A DNA stretch of 51,563 nt from NCBI GenBank assembly GCA_040758475.1, contig JBFLVN010000001.1, positions 1 to 51,563 on the forward strand, in the 5' to 3' direction. Within the stretch, counting starts at the first letter, position 1, and every line of letters starts with the position of its first letter. Source of the DNA: Bdellovibrionota bacterium. Lineage in GTDB: Bacteria > JAGRBM01. Positions 1 through 9,032 of this stretch are shown piece by piece. The position numbers and the translations under genes were made by a program. Below the pieces are notes generated by a model. That model ran no database searches. It saw only the letters and a list, made by a program, of their open reading frames with translations, and was not told the origin of the DNA.

Positions 1-558
1 GAGCCCCGCCGGTAGTCCAATGGATAAAGCCGTTACCGGCAAACCGATGGCGGCGGCACAGGCGGGGTCCATCACCCACAGGAGAAGCATCCGGCGGAAG
101 AGTGAAACGGCCGTGAAGACGGCCGCGGCGATCACCAGAAATATCCAGACGTCCACTGGCGTAGCCCCCAGAAGGGTGGAGGACGCAAGGCGGTGGATTT
201 CTTCCGTTCCATGGGGGCTCTTGGCGAGAAGGAGGACGGAGAGGCCCCCGGCGGAGAGGAAAATCCAGCCCGTCACGGCTTCGCGGCTTTCCCGGCCCTC
301 GCCTCCTCCCCGCTCCCCCGCGAGGGAGGCGGCGATGGAAAAAAGCGAGGCCCAGGCGGCGGCGAGGATTTCCGAATCGCTCACCAGGAGGGAAAGAGCA
401 ATTCCCAGGACGGAAGCCTGGGCGACGGCGGCTCCAAGAAAAATCTGCTCCCGCGCGACGACGAAGACGCCAAGAACTGAAAGGGTCAGAGCGGCAAGCC
501 ACCCCGAGAGGTAACTGGCGGCAAAAAGATCCCAGGAGGAGAGGAAGGAAGTAATCAT
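1..558 (-). CDS. Metal ABC transporter permease (ABC-3, ZnuB/TroC-like), first 186 codons; gene continues past window start
   Basis: Open-ended, so absent from the ORF track. Reverse translation from the ATG at 558-556 gives MITSFLSSWDLFAASYLSGWLAALTLSVLGVFVVAREQIFLGAAVAQASVLGIALSLLV..., a hydrophobic multipass sequence typical of ABC-3 permeases. The ATG overlaps the stop of the upstream ATPase gene (ATGA at 555-558). Confidence 0.7.
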   Translation of the reverse strand, partial: MITSFLSSWDLFAASYLSGWLAALTLSVLGVFVVAREQIFLGAAVAQASVLGIALSLLVSDSEILAAAWASLFSIAASLAGERGGGEGRESREAVTGWIFLSAGGLSVLLLAKSPHGTEEIHRLASSTLLGATPVDVWIFLVIAAAVFTAVSLFRRMLLLWVMDPACAAAIGLPVTALSIGLPAGL

Positions 559-1280
559 GCTATCCCCTCCACCGCTACTGGATGGCCATAAGCGGTTTCC
601 AGGTGCCTTGGCTCAAGGACTTCGCTTGCGGGGCCCGTAACTGCCTTCCCGTTTGCGAAGAGCGCGGCGTGGGTCCCCATCTGGTGGGCGACCGAAAGGT
701 CGTGGCAGACGAAGAGGATCGTCACGTCCCCTTTGCCGTGCAGCGACCGGAGGACTTCCAGGAACGCCGCCTGGGAAGAGAGATCGAGCCCGGCCGTGGG
801 TTCGTCCAGGATCAGGACGGTGGGGTGCCGGATGAGGGCCCGGGCAAGGAGCGCCCGCTGCCGCTGCCCGCCCGAAAGGGACCAGTAACCGCGGGCATCC
901 ATTCCCGAAAGATTCGTTCGGGCGAGAGCTTCCTCAAGGAGATGCTCGCGGCCGGACAGTGGCGGCTTGGTTCCAGCGAGTCCAAGAGAGATAAATTCCC
1001 TCACCGTCGTCGGCAGGGCAGGGCTCATCTCGCATCGTTGGGGCACGAAACCCACGCGCTCCTTTTGGAAGAGTTCGGGCTCGCGGAAGAGCGTCCCTCC
1101 CATCGGCGGCAGGAGTCCCAGGATGGTTTTGACGCAGGTGGTCTTCCCGTGCCCGTTAGGCCCCACGAAGAACCAGAACTCTCCCTCCCGGATTTCCAGG
1201 TCCAGGTTTTCAACGACCGGGTAGCGGCCATAACCCAGGGAAAGCCCGGAGGCGCGGATGAGGATTTGGCGGGTGCTCAT
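555..1280 (-). CDS. Metal ABC transporter ATP-binding protein (ZnuC/TroB-like)
   Basis: Walker A GPNGHGKTT, ABC signature LSGGQRQR, Walker B LILDEPTAGLD. 4-nt overlap with the upstream binding-protein gene. Confidence 0.9.
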   Translation of the reverse strand: MSTRQILIRASGLSLGYGRYPVVENLDLEIREGEFWFFVGPNGHGKTTCVKTILGLLPPMGGTLFREPELFQKERVGFVPQRCEMSPALPTTVREFISLGLAGTKPPLSGREHLLEEALARTNLSGMDARGYWSLSGGQRQRALLARALIRHPTVLILDEPTAGLDLSSQAAFLEVLRSLHGKGDVTILFVCHDLSVAHQMGTHAALFANGKAVTGPASEVLEPRHLETAYGHPVAVEGIA

Positions 1281-2290
1281 AAACCCCCTCCGAGCGCCTT
1301 GGCTGTTTGCCTCACGTTGTAATCGACCATCTGCAAATAACTCTCCGTCCCGGGGCGCGATCCCACTTGATTAGCAAGCTCCGCGACCCGGGCCCCCGTG
1401 TTTTCCGATACGAAGCGGGCGTGGCGGGGATCGAAGTAGGCGCTCGTGAGGATCGCGCCGGACTTCTCCGCCTTCATTCGCTCGACGAGCCCGGCCAGGT
1501 GCCTGGCCGTGGGGGGGACGCCGGGCTTGGGCTCGAGGTGTCCCACGACCACAAGCCCGAAGCGCCTGGCGAAGTAGGGCCAAAGGTCGTGGTCGGTGAC
1601 GATCTTCGACCCGTAGTAAGGAGAGAGGGCGCCAAGCCAACCCTGGAGTTTATCCCCCAAAGCCCCCGGCCCTTCCGCCGCGTAGCGCTGGGCTATTTCT
1701 TCCGCGTCCGGTGCGGCAGCGAGGGATTCTCCCAACAATGCAGAGAGAATTTCCTTGCGGGACGCTTCGTAGTTCGCCTCGAACCCGGCCCGGTTTTCCG
1801 GCGAAAGCATTCCCAGGCGGTCGCGGATCAGGCGGGCCACCCGCAGGCCCTCCAGGGGATCGAGGAGGTAGTGGGGGTTTCCCCCCGCGTGGACGTCTCC
1901 CATGGAACGGTCGACGGGGCCGGTGGGAACTCCCAAGGGGACGAGCCCTTCGCTGGCGTCGAGGAAGCCCGGGTTTCCCGGAAGCACTTTCCCGTTGCGG
2001 GCGCTTTGGAGGAGAAGCGGCGCCCAGCCGATTTCCAGTTCGAGCCCCACTTGCAGGTAAAGATCGCACCGGGAGAGGGCTTTGATGAAACTGGGCCGGG
2101 CTTCGACGAAGTGTGGGTCTTCCACTCCCTTGGCGAAGACGGTCACCTCGACTTGAGCGCCGCCCACTTCCCGGGCGATGGCCCCCAGGTCCGGAACCGT
2201 GGCACAAATTCGGAGTGGAGAAGCCTGTGCCGCCGCCGTACCAAGCAAAGCGGTGATGAACGTGGTGATCGTGCAAAGGAATTTTTTCAT
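1277..2290 (-). CDS. Periplasmic metal-binding protein, TroA/ZnuA family (ABC substrate-binding component)
   Basis: Signal peptide MKKFLCTITTFITALLGTAAAQA. Family-like blocks DPHFVEARPS, GGNPHYLLDP and TDHDLWPYFARRFGL. Operon context with the ATPase and permease. Confidence 0.85.
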   Translation of the reverse strand: MKKFLCTITTFITALLGTAAAQASPLRICATVPDLGAIAREVGGAQVEVTVFAKGVEDPHFVEARPSFIKALSRCDLYLQVGLELEIGWAPLLLQSARNGKVLPGNPGFLDASEGLVPLGVPTGPVDRSMGDVHAGGNPHYLLDPLEGLRVARLIRDRLGMLSPENRAGFEANYEASRKEILSALLGESLAAAPDAEEIAQRYAAEGPGALGDKLQGWLGALSPYYGSKIVTDHDLWPYFARRFGLVVVGHLEPKPGVPPTARHLAGLVERMKAEKSGAILTSAYFDPRHARFVSENTGARVAELANQVGSRPGTESYLQMVDYNVRQTAKALGGGL

Positions 2291-2300
2291 GGCCGTGCTC

Positions 2301-3623
2301 CTAGTACTGGTGGGGCGGATGAGAGCCGATGAGGAATTCGACGCCGGTCCACACTGAGTGGGCGTTTTTCCCCGAAGGGGCCGAGAGGGCGAGGTGGGCG
2401 GCCCGGTCGAAGTTGTACTGGAGCCTTAGGCGAAGGAATTCCGAGGGGTGCCAGACCAGGATGGGCGAGAGGCGGTGGCGGTTGTCCCGGAAAGGGTCCT
2501 CGGAGCGGGGGACGACGGTGCCACCCAGCGTATCGACGCCCTCTTCCTTGCCGGTGGCGTATTCGTAGCGGAATCCGGCCGCCCAGCCGGTGTGGAATCC
2601 CCACAGTCCCTGGGCGTAGAAGCCGTAGTCGTGAAGGGTTTCTTCCGGGACCACCGGGGAAGCCACGGCGGCCGATTCGTAGGACCGGCCCGCGAACTCC
2701 CCTTCCAGGATGAAGAACGGCCAGCCTTTGGCTCCGCCGGGGCGCCACTTCAAAACGAGATCGGCGCCGTAAATCCAGGTGCGCGTGTTCTCGGAAGTGC
2801 CGTTGGGGCCAGCGAGGCCCGAGAGGCCAAGTTGCACGGAAACGTCGTCCGTGAGATCGCCGGCGTTGACGAGACGGGCGAGGTAGACGAGATCGCCCAA
2901 ATCCTTCACCCGGGCGTTTACGTTGTCGCGCCCGCCCACGCCCGCGCCTTCCTCCTCTTCGCCAAGGAAGCTCACCATCGTTTCTCCGTTGGCGTTCTGG
3001 GTACTGAGAACGAGTTCGGAAGACCAGGGAACGGGAATCAGCCAGGAAACCCGGGCCCCCGGGCCCCGCTGGCCGTCGGGGCCGAAGAGCCGGGAGAGGA
3101 TGAGGGGCTGGTCCTGCCAGTGCCAGGCGTGGGGGTGCAAGGGGTTCGTGCGGCCGAATTCGGTGAAGAACTGGCCGGCTTTGACTTGCAGGCCCCAGGG
3201 AAGCTGCTGGCTCGTGAGGAAGGCTTCTTCGAGTTCAATGATCGTCTCGCCGTCCTCAATGAAGAGAATGATGTGTCCTTCCCCGCGCACGTAGGGGTCG
3301 ACCGCCCCGGTGAGCGATAATTCGGCCTGCTGGAGAGTGAATCCCCGGCGCTTGGGGTCGTGGCCACCCCCCTGGAGCTCTTCAATGGAAGGGTTTTCTT
3401 CCGTGGACCAGCCCGCCGCGAGGAGGGCGTCCAGGGAAATATCGATGAGCCGGACTTTTTTGGTGCCCGAGTACATCGACAAGAGGTCCGAAGGCCTGGA
3501 AGTTTCGGGAGGGGGACCGGTTGGCGTCCCCTGGTCTTGGGCGAAGGTATAAGAATTCGAAGCGGAGAAAAGACACGCGCTGGCCGCCAGGAGGCTGAGC
3601 GCGCGAGAGATTTCGCGGTTCAT
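2301..3623 (-). CDS. Predicted outer-membrane beta-barrel (porin-like) protein, first gene of the metal uptake operon
   Basis: Start moved to the internal ATG at 3623 (MNREISRALSLLAASACLFSASNSYTFAQ, a signal peptide) with AAGGAG 6 nt upstream. Alternating amphipathic strands rich in G/Y/W/F and a C-terminal aromatic residue. Ends 11 nt before the binding-protein gene. Family not identified. Confidence 0.5.
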   Translation of the reverse strand: MNREISRALSLLAASACLFSASNSYTFAQDQGTPTGPPPETSRPSDLLSMYSGTKKVRLIDISLDALLAAGWSTEENPSIEELQGGGHDPKRRGFTLQQAELSLTGAVDPYVRGEGHIILFIEDGETIIELEEAFLTSQQLPWGLQVKAGQFFTEFGRTNPLHPHAWHWQDQPLILSRLFGPDGQRGPGARVSWLIPVPWSSELVLSTQNANGETMVSFLGEEEEGAGVGGRDNVNARVKDLGDLVYLARLVNAGDLTDDVSVQLGLSGLAGPNGTSENTRTWIYGADLVLKWRPGGAKGWPFFILEGEFAGRSYESAAVASPVVPEETLHDYGFYAQGLWGFHTGWAAGFRYEYATGKEEGVDTLGGTVVPRSEDPFRDNRHRLSPILVWHPSEFLRLRLQYNFDRAAHLALSAPSGKNAHSVWTGVEFLIGSHPPHQY

Positions 3624-3734
3624 GAAAGACTCCTTGCCGGAGTGTTCCGGCAAACGGTTTTGGTTGCGGCGGAGAGCCGGACAGCTCCCGCGCAACGGGA
3701 TGAATTTTCGGGATTTGAAGGGCTAGATCAGGAA

Positions 3735-4088
3735 CTAAAGAGGCGGGCCGCGGGTGGCGCGGGTCGTTCTATCGATCCCCCTCCGGTGGGAAACGGGGAA
3801 TTCGGTAAGGCGGACCGGCGTTCCTTGCAAAAGCGGAACGCCAAAGCCGTTCTGAAAAACCGCTGGCGAGTGATGGAGAACCTGGCAGAGGGTGCAGTGG
3901 GAGACGTCCTGGTGAAGGGGCGTCTCTCCAGAAGGCGAGACCGTTCCAGAGGGAGCGGACGGGGCCGACGCTCCCCAGGGAGCGAGTTCGCTGGCGTGTT
4001 CCCAGGCGTGGAGGAGCGGCGTCGCGAAAGTCGCGAGGAGGGCGAGGAGGCCTAACAGCCGGAATCTTTTGTTCGCATGCGAAGACAT
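3735..4088 (-). CDS. Small hypothetical exported protein, His/Cys-containing
   Basis: Internal ATG at 4088 gives MSSHANKRFRLLGLLALLATFATPLLHAWEH (signal/TM-like), then an HCTLCQVLHH motif. No family recognised and coding status uncertain. Confidence 0.35.
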   Translation of the reverse strand: MSSHANKRFRLLGLLALLATFATPLLHAWEHASELAPWGASAPSAPSGTVSPSGETPLHQDVSHCTLCQVLHHSPAVFQNGFGVPLLQGTPVRLTEFPVSHRRGIDRTTRATRGPPL

Positions 4089-4148
4089 TCGCGATTCCAC
4101 CAGCAGAGGCCAAGAATTAATGGGCGAGGGACCGGAAGGCAAGAAAAA

Positions 4149-4700
4149 TCAGATCGCCTGCCTCAAAAACTCCTCTCGAAGCTGGGCGCTGTCCGCTAAA
4201 ACGCCCCGGAAGGCCGTCGTCACGACTCTGGCCGATTCCTTTTCGGGGCCCCGCGAATTGAGGCAGAGCTGAGTCGCCTCGACGCGGCAGGCCGCCCCTT
4301 TGGCCCCGAGGTGGGACATGAGGGCCTCGACGATCTGCTCGGTCATCCGCTCCTGGGTCTGAAGCCTTCGGGCGAAGCAATCGACGAGGCGGGCGAGGCT
4401 CGATAGTCCCGTCACGCCCTTGCCCGGCACGTAGGCCACCGCCGCTCTCCCGAAGAAGGGAAGGAGGTGGTGGCAACAGACGGAAGTAAAGGCGATGTCC
4501 CGGACGATGACGGTCTGGTCGCCCGGCGGGGCGAACTGGACCGAGAGGATTTTGGCCGGGTCCTGCTCGTAGCCGCAGAGCATCTGGGTGGGCCAGTCCC
4601 GGGCCACGATCTGGGGAAGGTCGCTCGCGATCGGGTCGCTTACGCCCGCGCCTTCGAGGAAAAGGCGCATGGCTTCTTCGATCTTTTTCTGGTTCATCAA
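4149..4700 (-). CDS. folE: GTP cyclohydrolase I (type IA)
   Basis: Hallmark active-site block CCHHLLPFFG, ERMTEQI and typical length (183 aa). Confidence 0.9.
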   Translation of the reverse strand: MMNQKKIEEAMRLFLEGAGVSDPIASDLPQIVARDWPTQMLCGYEQDPAKILSVQFAPPGDQTVIVRDIAFTSVCCHHLLPFFGRAAVAYVPGKGVTGLSSLARLVDCFARRLQTQERMTEQIVEALMSHLGAKGAACRVEATQLCLNSRGPEKESARVVTTAFRGVLADSAQLREEFLRQAI

Positions 4701-4718
4701 TTGGCCTGGAGAAACGGA

Positions 4719-5153
4719 TTAAAGCGCCTGGAGCTTGGGCCTCGGCGGATTGGTGTTGGTCTTTTCGAAAGGCTCGCTCGCCCGTTCGACGGCGGCCGCA
4801 TCGTCTTTTTCACCCCGGTAGATCGTGCAGGCGTCCCAGGTCTCGTAAAGCTTGATTTCGGAGAGCTCCGGGACCGCGGGTTTTAGCTGCTCCCAAATCC
4901 AGACGCTGATGGCCTCGCACGAGGGGAGGGGGATGAAATCGTTCAAAAAGCCGTGGTCGAGCTTTTCGAGGACCCGCTGCTGGACGTGGCGGCTCAAGTC
5001 GTCGAAATCGACGACCATGCCGGTTTTCACGTTCACGGGCCCCTCCACCGACACGAACAGGGTGTAGGAGTGGCCGTGGATGCGGCTGCAGAGCCCCTCG
5101 TGGTTGGGGATCTTGTGCGAGGCCTCGAAACGGAATTCCCTGGTAAGCCGCAT
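4719..5153 (-). CDS. queD: 6-carboxytetrahydropterin synthase / 6-pyruvoyl-tetrahydropterin synthase family
   Basis: N-terminal RFEASHKIPNHEGLCSRIHGHSY (Cys plus the HGH zinc/catalytic motif), about 140 aa, adjacent to folE. Confidence 0.8.
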   Translation of the reverse strand: MRLTREFRFEASHKIPNHEGLCSRIHGHSYTLFVSVEGPVNVKTGMVVDFDDLSRHVQQRVLEKLDHGFLNDFIPLPSCEAISVWIWEQLKPAVPELSEIKLYETWDACTIYRGEKDDAAAVERASEPFEKTNTNPPRPKLQAL

Positions 5154-5245
5154 GAAAGCCCTCCTAATGAAAACGGGGCGGCGAAGCGGGAGAGTCTAGT
5201 CCCTTGCGGGGGATGAGCCAACGGCGGACGCCCCTGCGTGGGAGA

Positions 5246-7270
5246 TCAGGGTTTTCCAGCGGCCACGAGCGGCACGGGTTCGCTTGCGGCCAGCAAGGCT
5301 TCGAGCTCGGGCCCTTCCAGATGTTCCTTTTCGAGGAGCCTGACCGAGAGGGCCAAGAGCCGGTCCTTGCGGCGCAGGAGGATTTCCCGGGCCGTTTCGC
5401 GGGCCTTGGCCACGATGGCCTGGGCTTCAGCGTCGATCAGATCGGCCGCCTTCTCGCCGTATTCCCCCTTCTGGGTGAGGCCGAGGAAGGGATTTCGTTC
5501 CTGTTCGTAGGAAAGGGGCCCCAATTTTTCGCTCATCCCGAAACGCATGACCATGGCCCGGGCGAGCTGGGTCGCGCGGGCGAGGTCGTCGGCCGCGCCC
5601 GTGGAAACGTCCCCGAAAACGACCTCCTCGGCGGTCCGGCCGCCAAGGAGCACCGCGAGCCTTGTTTCGAGTTCCTGCCGGGTGAGGAGGTAGCGGTCCT
5701 CCGTTGGCTGCTGCTGGGTGAACCCCAAAGCGCCGATGGATCTTGGAATGATGCTCACCTTGTGGACCGGATCGGCCCCGGGGAGGGAAGCCGCCACAAG
5801 GGCGTGGCCCGCTTCGTGGTGGGCGACGAGCTCTTTTTCCCGGCGGTTCATCACCCGCCCCTTGCGTTCCAAACCCGTCGTGATCCGGTCGAGGGCGGTT
5901 TCAAAATCCTCGTTCGATACTTGTTCGCGGCTTCGGCGGGCGGCGGCAAGCGCCGCTTCGTTGACGAGGTTCGCGAGGTCGGCGCCCACGAATCCCGGCG
6001 TCCGCCCTGCGAGCGAGCGGAGGTTTACTTCCGGGGCGAGCTTCACTTTGCGCACGTGGACGCGGAGGATCGCCTCCCGGCCGTTGATGTCCGGGCCGTC
6101 GATCATGATGGTCCGGTCGAAACGCCCCGGGCGCCGCAGGGCGGGATCGAGGACGTCGGGCCGGTTCGTGGCGGCGAGCAGAATGACGCCCGAGTTGGGC
6201 TCGAAGCCGTCCATTTCGGCCAGAAGCTGGTTGAGGGTCTGCTCCCGCTCATCGGCGCCTCCAATGGGATTGAGGCCGCGCTTCCCGCCCATGGAATCGA
6301 TCTCGTCCACGAAAACGATGCACGGGGCGGCCTTGTGGGCCTGGGCGAAGAGGTCGCGGACCCGGGCCGCGCCCACGCCCACGAACATTTCCACGAACTC
6401 GGAACCCGAGAGGCTGAAGAACGGAACCGCCGCTTCCCCGGCGACCGCGCGGGCGAGGAGCGTCTTGCCGGTACCGGGCGCGCCCGTGAGGAGTATACCC
6501 TTGGGAATCTTGGCCCCGAGGCGCGTGTAGCGGTCTGGGTTTTTGAGGAAATCGACCACTTCCCGGAGTTCCGCTTTCGCCTCGTCGATGCCGGCCACGT
6601 CGTCGAAGGTGACTTTCACCTCGTGTTCGGCGGCCATTCGGGCGCGGCTGCGGCCAAACGAAAGGATGCTGGCCCCGGGGCCGCCGCCGGCGAACATGCG
6701 CCGCACGAAGAAACTCCCGATGGCGAACGTGATCAGGATGAGCGCCAGGAGTGAGAAAATCTGTGAGAACCAGGTCGTCGAGAGTTCCCCTTCGTAGACG
6801 ACGCCGTGCTTGTCGAGAAGGGGGACGAGCTGCTCGTCCTCGGGGAGGCGTACGGTGCTGAAGCGGTCGGGGACGCGCGCCTTGAAGTCCCGGATGGCCT
6901 CCGGCACGAACCGTTCCGCTCCTGACGGCGGCACCTGAGGAGTTTCGGGTTCGGGGGGCGCGGGTGGAGGGACGAACTCGCCCGTGATGTGCTCGCCGGC
7001 GATGTGGACGCTCTTGATGCGCCCTTCGCTTACCGCTTTCTTGAATTCGCTGTAGGGGATTTGGACCGTGTTGCGCGTGATCCAGTACTGCTGGACCCAG
7101 AAGAGCGCCGTGAACAGGAGGAGAATCCAGATGAAGGGCGACCGGAACGGTCCCCGGGGCGGAAGGGGGCCCATGCCATCAGGCTCGCCCTTGGACGCCT
7201 TCTTGGGCTCCAACGGGCGCCTCGGAGACGGCGACGCGGCGTGGGTAAACTGGCGGCCCTCGGGCAGCAT
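5246..7270 (-). CDS. ftsH: ATP-dependent zinc metalloprotease FtsH
   Basis: AAA Walker [19 protein letters not shown], Walker [33 protein letters not shown], zinc motif HEAGHALV, and a TM helix [18 protein letters not shown]. The ORF is open to 7534, but the ATG at 7270 gives the usual ~674 aa. Start uncertain. Confidence 0.93.
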   Translation of the reverse strand: MLPEGRQFTHAASPSPRRPLEPKKASKGEPDGMGPLPPRGPFRSPFIWILLLFTALFWVQQYWITRNTVQIPYSEFKKAVSEGRIKSVHIAGEHITGEFVPPPAPPEPETPQVPPSGAERFVPEAIRDFKARVPDRFSTVRLPEDEQLVPLLDKHGVVYEGELSTTWFSQIFSLLALILITFAIGSFFVRRMFAGGGPGASILSFGRSRARMAAEHEVKVTFDDVAGIDEAKAELREVVDFLKNPDRYTRLGAKIPKGILLTGAPGTGKTLLARAVAGEAAVPFFSLSGSEFVEMFVGVGAARVRDLFAQAHKAAPCIVFVDEIDSMGGKRGLNPIGGADEREQTLNQLLAEMDGFEPNSGVILLAATNRPDVLDPALRRPGRFDRTIMIDGPDINGREAILRVHVRKVKLAPEVNLRSLAGRTPGFVGADLANLVNEAALAAARRSREQVSNEDFETALDRITTGLERKGRVMNRREKELVAHHEAGHALVAASLPGADPVHKVSIIPRSIGALGFTQQQPTEDRYLLTRQELETRLAVLLGGRTAEEVVFGDVSTGAADDLARATQLARAMVMRFGMSEKLGPLSYEQERNPFLGLTQKGEYGEKAADLIDAEAQAIVAKARETAREILLRRKDRLLALSVRLLEKEHLEGPELEALLAASEPVPLVAAGKP

Positions 7271-7289
7271 GACCGTTCTAATCTGAGGC

Positions 7290-8417
7290 TTGCACCATCC
7301 AAAGGCAAGGCACCATACTCCGGCCGCCCAGGGGGTCTGGGCCAAGGGAGGCTCTGCCGCCGTGGCGGAGATCGAGGGAAAACCAGGGAAAAGCGGCGCG
7401 CCCGCTCCATCCACTCCGAAAACGCGAAAACGCCTGCCCGCCAAGGGTGGGCGGTCCCGAAAGCACCGGGTGCTCGTGACCGGCGCCACGAGCCCGCTGG
7501 GCCGCAAGCTTTGCGAAAAACTTCTCTTCGACAAGGACGTCGAACTTGTTTGGGGGCTCTCTCGTTCGGAACTCCCGTACTATTTCAAGGACTTGGACCC
7601 CAAGCGTTTCGTTTTCAAGACCTGCGCGCCCTACAACGAGCGGCGCCTCGCGGAACTCTGCGCCAGCGAGGAGTTCCAGGCGGCGCGCATTGACACGATT
7701 GTCCACCTGGCCTTCCAGGTCGGACGCGCGGCGACGGACGCCCAGATCCAGGAATACAACCTTCGGGGAACCCAGAACCTGCTCAACATCGCCCGCGAAA
7801 CGGGCAGCATTCGGAAATTCGTCTTTCTCTCCAGCGCCAAGATCTACGACCTGCCCTCGGGGCACGTAGAGGCGCTCACGGAGGAGAGTCCCCTCAACAA
7901 GGACCCGGACGCCCCTCCTTACGTGAAGGATTTGCTCGAAGCGGAGGCTCTTTGCCTCGAACAGATGGGAAAGAAGAAAGGGCTCAAGGTCGTCGTCCTG
8001 CGCCCGTCTTTCGTCCTGGGGCGGAACATCCATTCCTTCTACAGCTATTACCTCGATTCCCCGGTCTGCCCGCGGATTCTGGGTTTCAACCCCGTGGTCA
8101 ACCTCGTCCATTCGGAGGACGTCGTCCGGGCGCTCCGGCTCGCGATCACGAAGGATGCGGAGGGCGTTTTCAATATTCCGGGGAAAGAGACGAAGACCCT
8201 CCTCGAATACATCAAGTGGTCAGGGGCGCGGACGATGCCGGTGCCCGAGGCCCTGATCGAGCCCCTCTGGCAAGGGGTCCGGCTGCTCCAGTTCAACCGC
8301 CATCCCTTCCCGTTCCGGTCGGATTGGCTCAAGCGCAACTGCGTCTTGTCGGGCGCGCGGGCGAAGGCCGAGCTCGGCTATCAGCCGGAGCATCACGTCA
8401 AGTTTGAAGAAGTATGA
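7290..8417 (+). CDS. NAD-dependent epimerase/dehydratase family protein (extended SDR)
   Basis: Rossmann motif VLVTGATSPLG. The first ~60 codons are low-complexity, so the true start may be an alternative codon near 7470 (GTG just before LVTGATS). Confidence 0.75.
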   Translation: MHHPKARHHTPAAQGVWAKGGSAAVAEIEGKPGKSGAPAPSTPKTRKRLPAKGGRSRKHRVLVTGATSPLGRKLCEKLLFDKDVELVWGLSRSELPYYFKDLDPKRFVFKTCAPYNERRLAELCASEEFQAARIDTIVHLAFQVGRAATDAQIQEYNLRGTQNLLNIARETGSIRKFVFLSSAKIYDLPSGHVEALTEESPLNKDPDAPPYVKDLLEAEALCLEQMGKKKGLKVVVLRPSFVLGRNIHSFYSYYLDSPVCPRILGFNPVVNLVHSEDVVRALRLAITKDAEGVFNIPGKETKTLLEYIKWSGARTMPVPEALIEPLWQGVRLLQFNRHPFPFRSDWLKRNCVLSGARAKAELGYQPEHHVKFEEV

Positions 8418-8432
8418 AGAGCGCCGGAAGTC

Positions 8433-9032
8433 TCAATCTTTTTTCTTGAGTTTTTCCTTGAGCTTGCTGATGAGTTCGTCGAATCCCTTTTCGGAAATGA
8501 TTTTCCCGAAAGAACTGCGGTAGTTCTCGATGAGGTCCACGTCGTCGAGCACGTAGTTCACGATCCGCCATCCGGATTTCGTGTTTTCGAAGAAATAATC
8601 CACCGTGATTTCCTCGTTGTTCTTGATAATCACCGTCTTGACGACGGTAGCCCCGTTGGGGCCCTTGGCCTCTCCTTCGTAGCGGATCTGGCTTTGAAGG
8701 AAGTGCTTGAGGGCGTCTTCGGAGGAGGAATTGTTGCGGGTGACCTGGGAGAAGACCCGGATGTATTCCTGGAGCTGTTTGGGCGTGGCTTTCTGCTTGT
8801 GGGCGCCCAGGGAGGAAATGGCGATCGTTTCGTAATCGAAGAGGGAGTTGAGGTCTTCCTCGATCTTGGAGCGCTTGGGCGCCGGGAGGGGGAGCGGATT
8901 CGCTTTGAGGAACGAGCGGATATTCGTGTCCCGCTCCTTGAGCAGGTCGGTCGGGGTCCCCGCCGTCGCCTGGGCCGAAACCGGAAGCCACAGGGAGATG
9001 GCCGCAAGAACGGTGAAAAAGAATCGCTTCAT
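8433..9032 (-). CDS. MlaC/Ttg2D-like periplasmic phospholipid-binding protein
   Basis: Signal peptide MKRFFFTVLAAISLWLPVSAQA. About 200 aa. C-terminal block WRIVNYVLDDVDLIENYRSSFGKIISEKGFDELISKL matches my recollection of the MlaC family pattern (W.I.D..i.gvsl..nyR.qF). Confidence 0.65.
   Translation of the reverse strand: MKRFFFTVLAAISLWLPVSAQATAGTPTDLLKERDTNIRSFLKANPLPLPAPKRSKIEEDLNSLFDYETIAISSLGAHKQKATPKQLQEYIRVFSQVTRNNSSSEDALKHFLQSQIRYEGEAKGPNGATVVKTVIIKNNEEITVDYFFENTKSGWRIVNYVLDDVDLIENYRSSFGKIISEKGFDELISKLKEKLKKKD

Noticed and set aside
20-514. 164-aa plus-strand ORF at the window start
   Set aside because: It is Arg/Ala/Pro-rich with no motif and lies antisense to a convincing ABC-3 permease reading frame that is translationally coupled to the ATPase gene. 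It is a shadow ORF in GC-rich DNA.
582-2332. Long plus-strand ORFs (582-1322, 1307-2332) and other long antisense ORFs in the first 18 kb (e.g. 7278-8111, 9119-10210, 15967-16857, 16239-16970)
   Set aside because: Each lies opposite a gene with clear family motifs. None has motifs, an RBS or a plausible composition. They are characteristic of high-GC shadow frames.
5204-6754. 516-aa plus-strand ORF
   Set aside because: It is antisense to ftsH, whose frame carries all the AAA and HEXXH motifs. Its composition (G/R/E/P-rich) is typical of GC-rich antisense frames.
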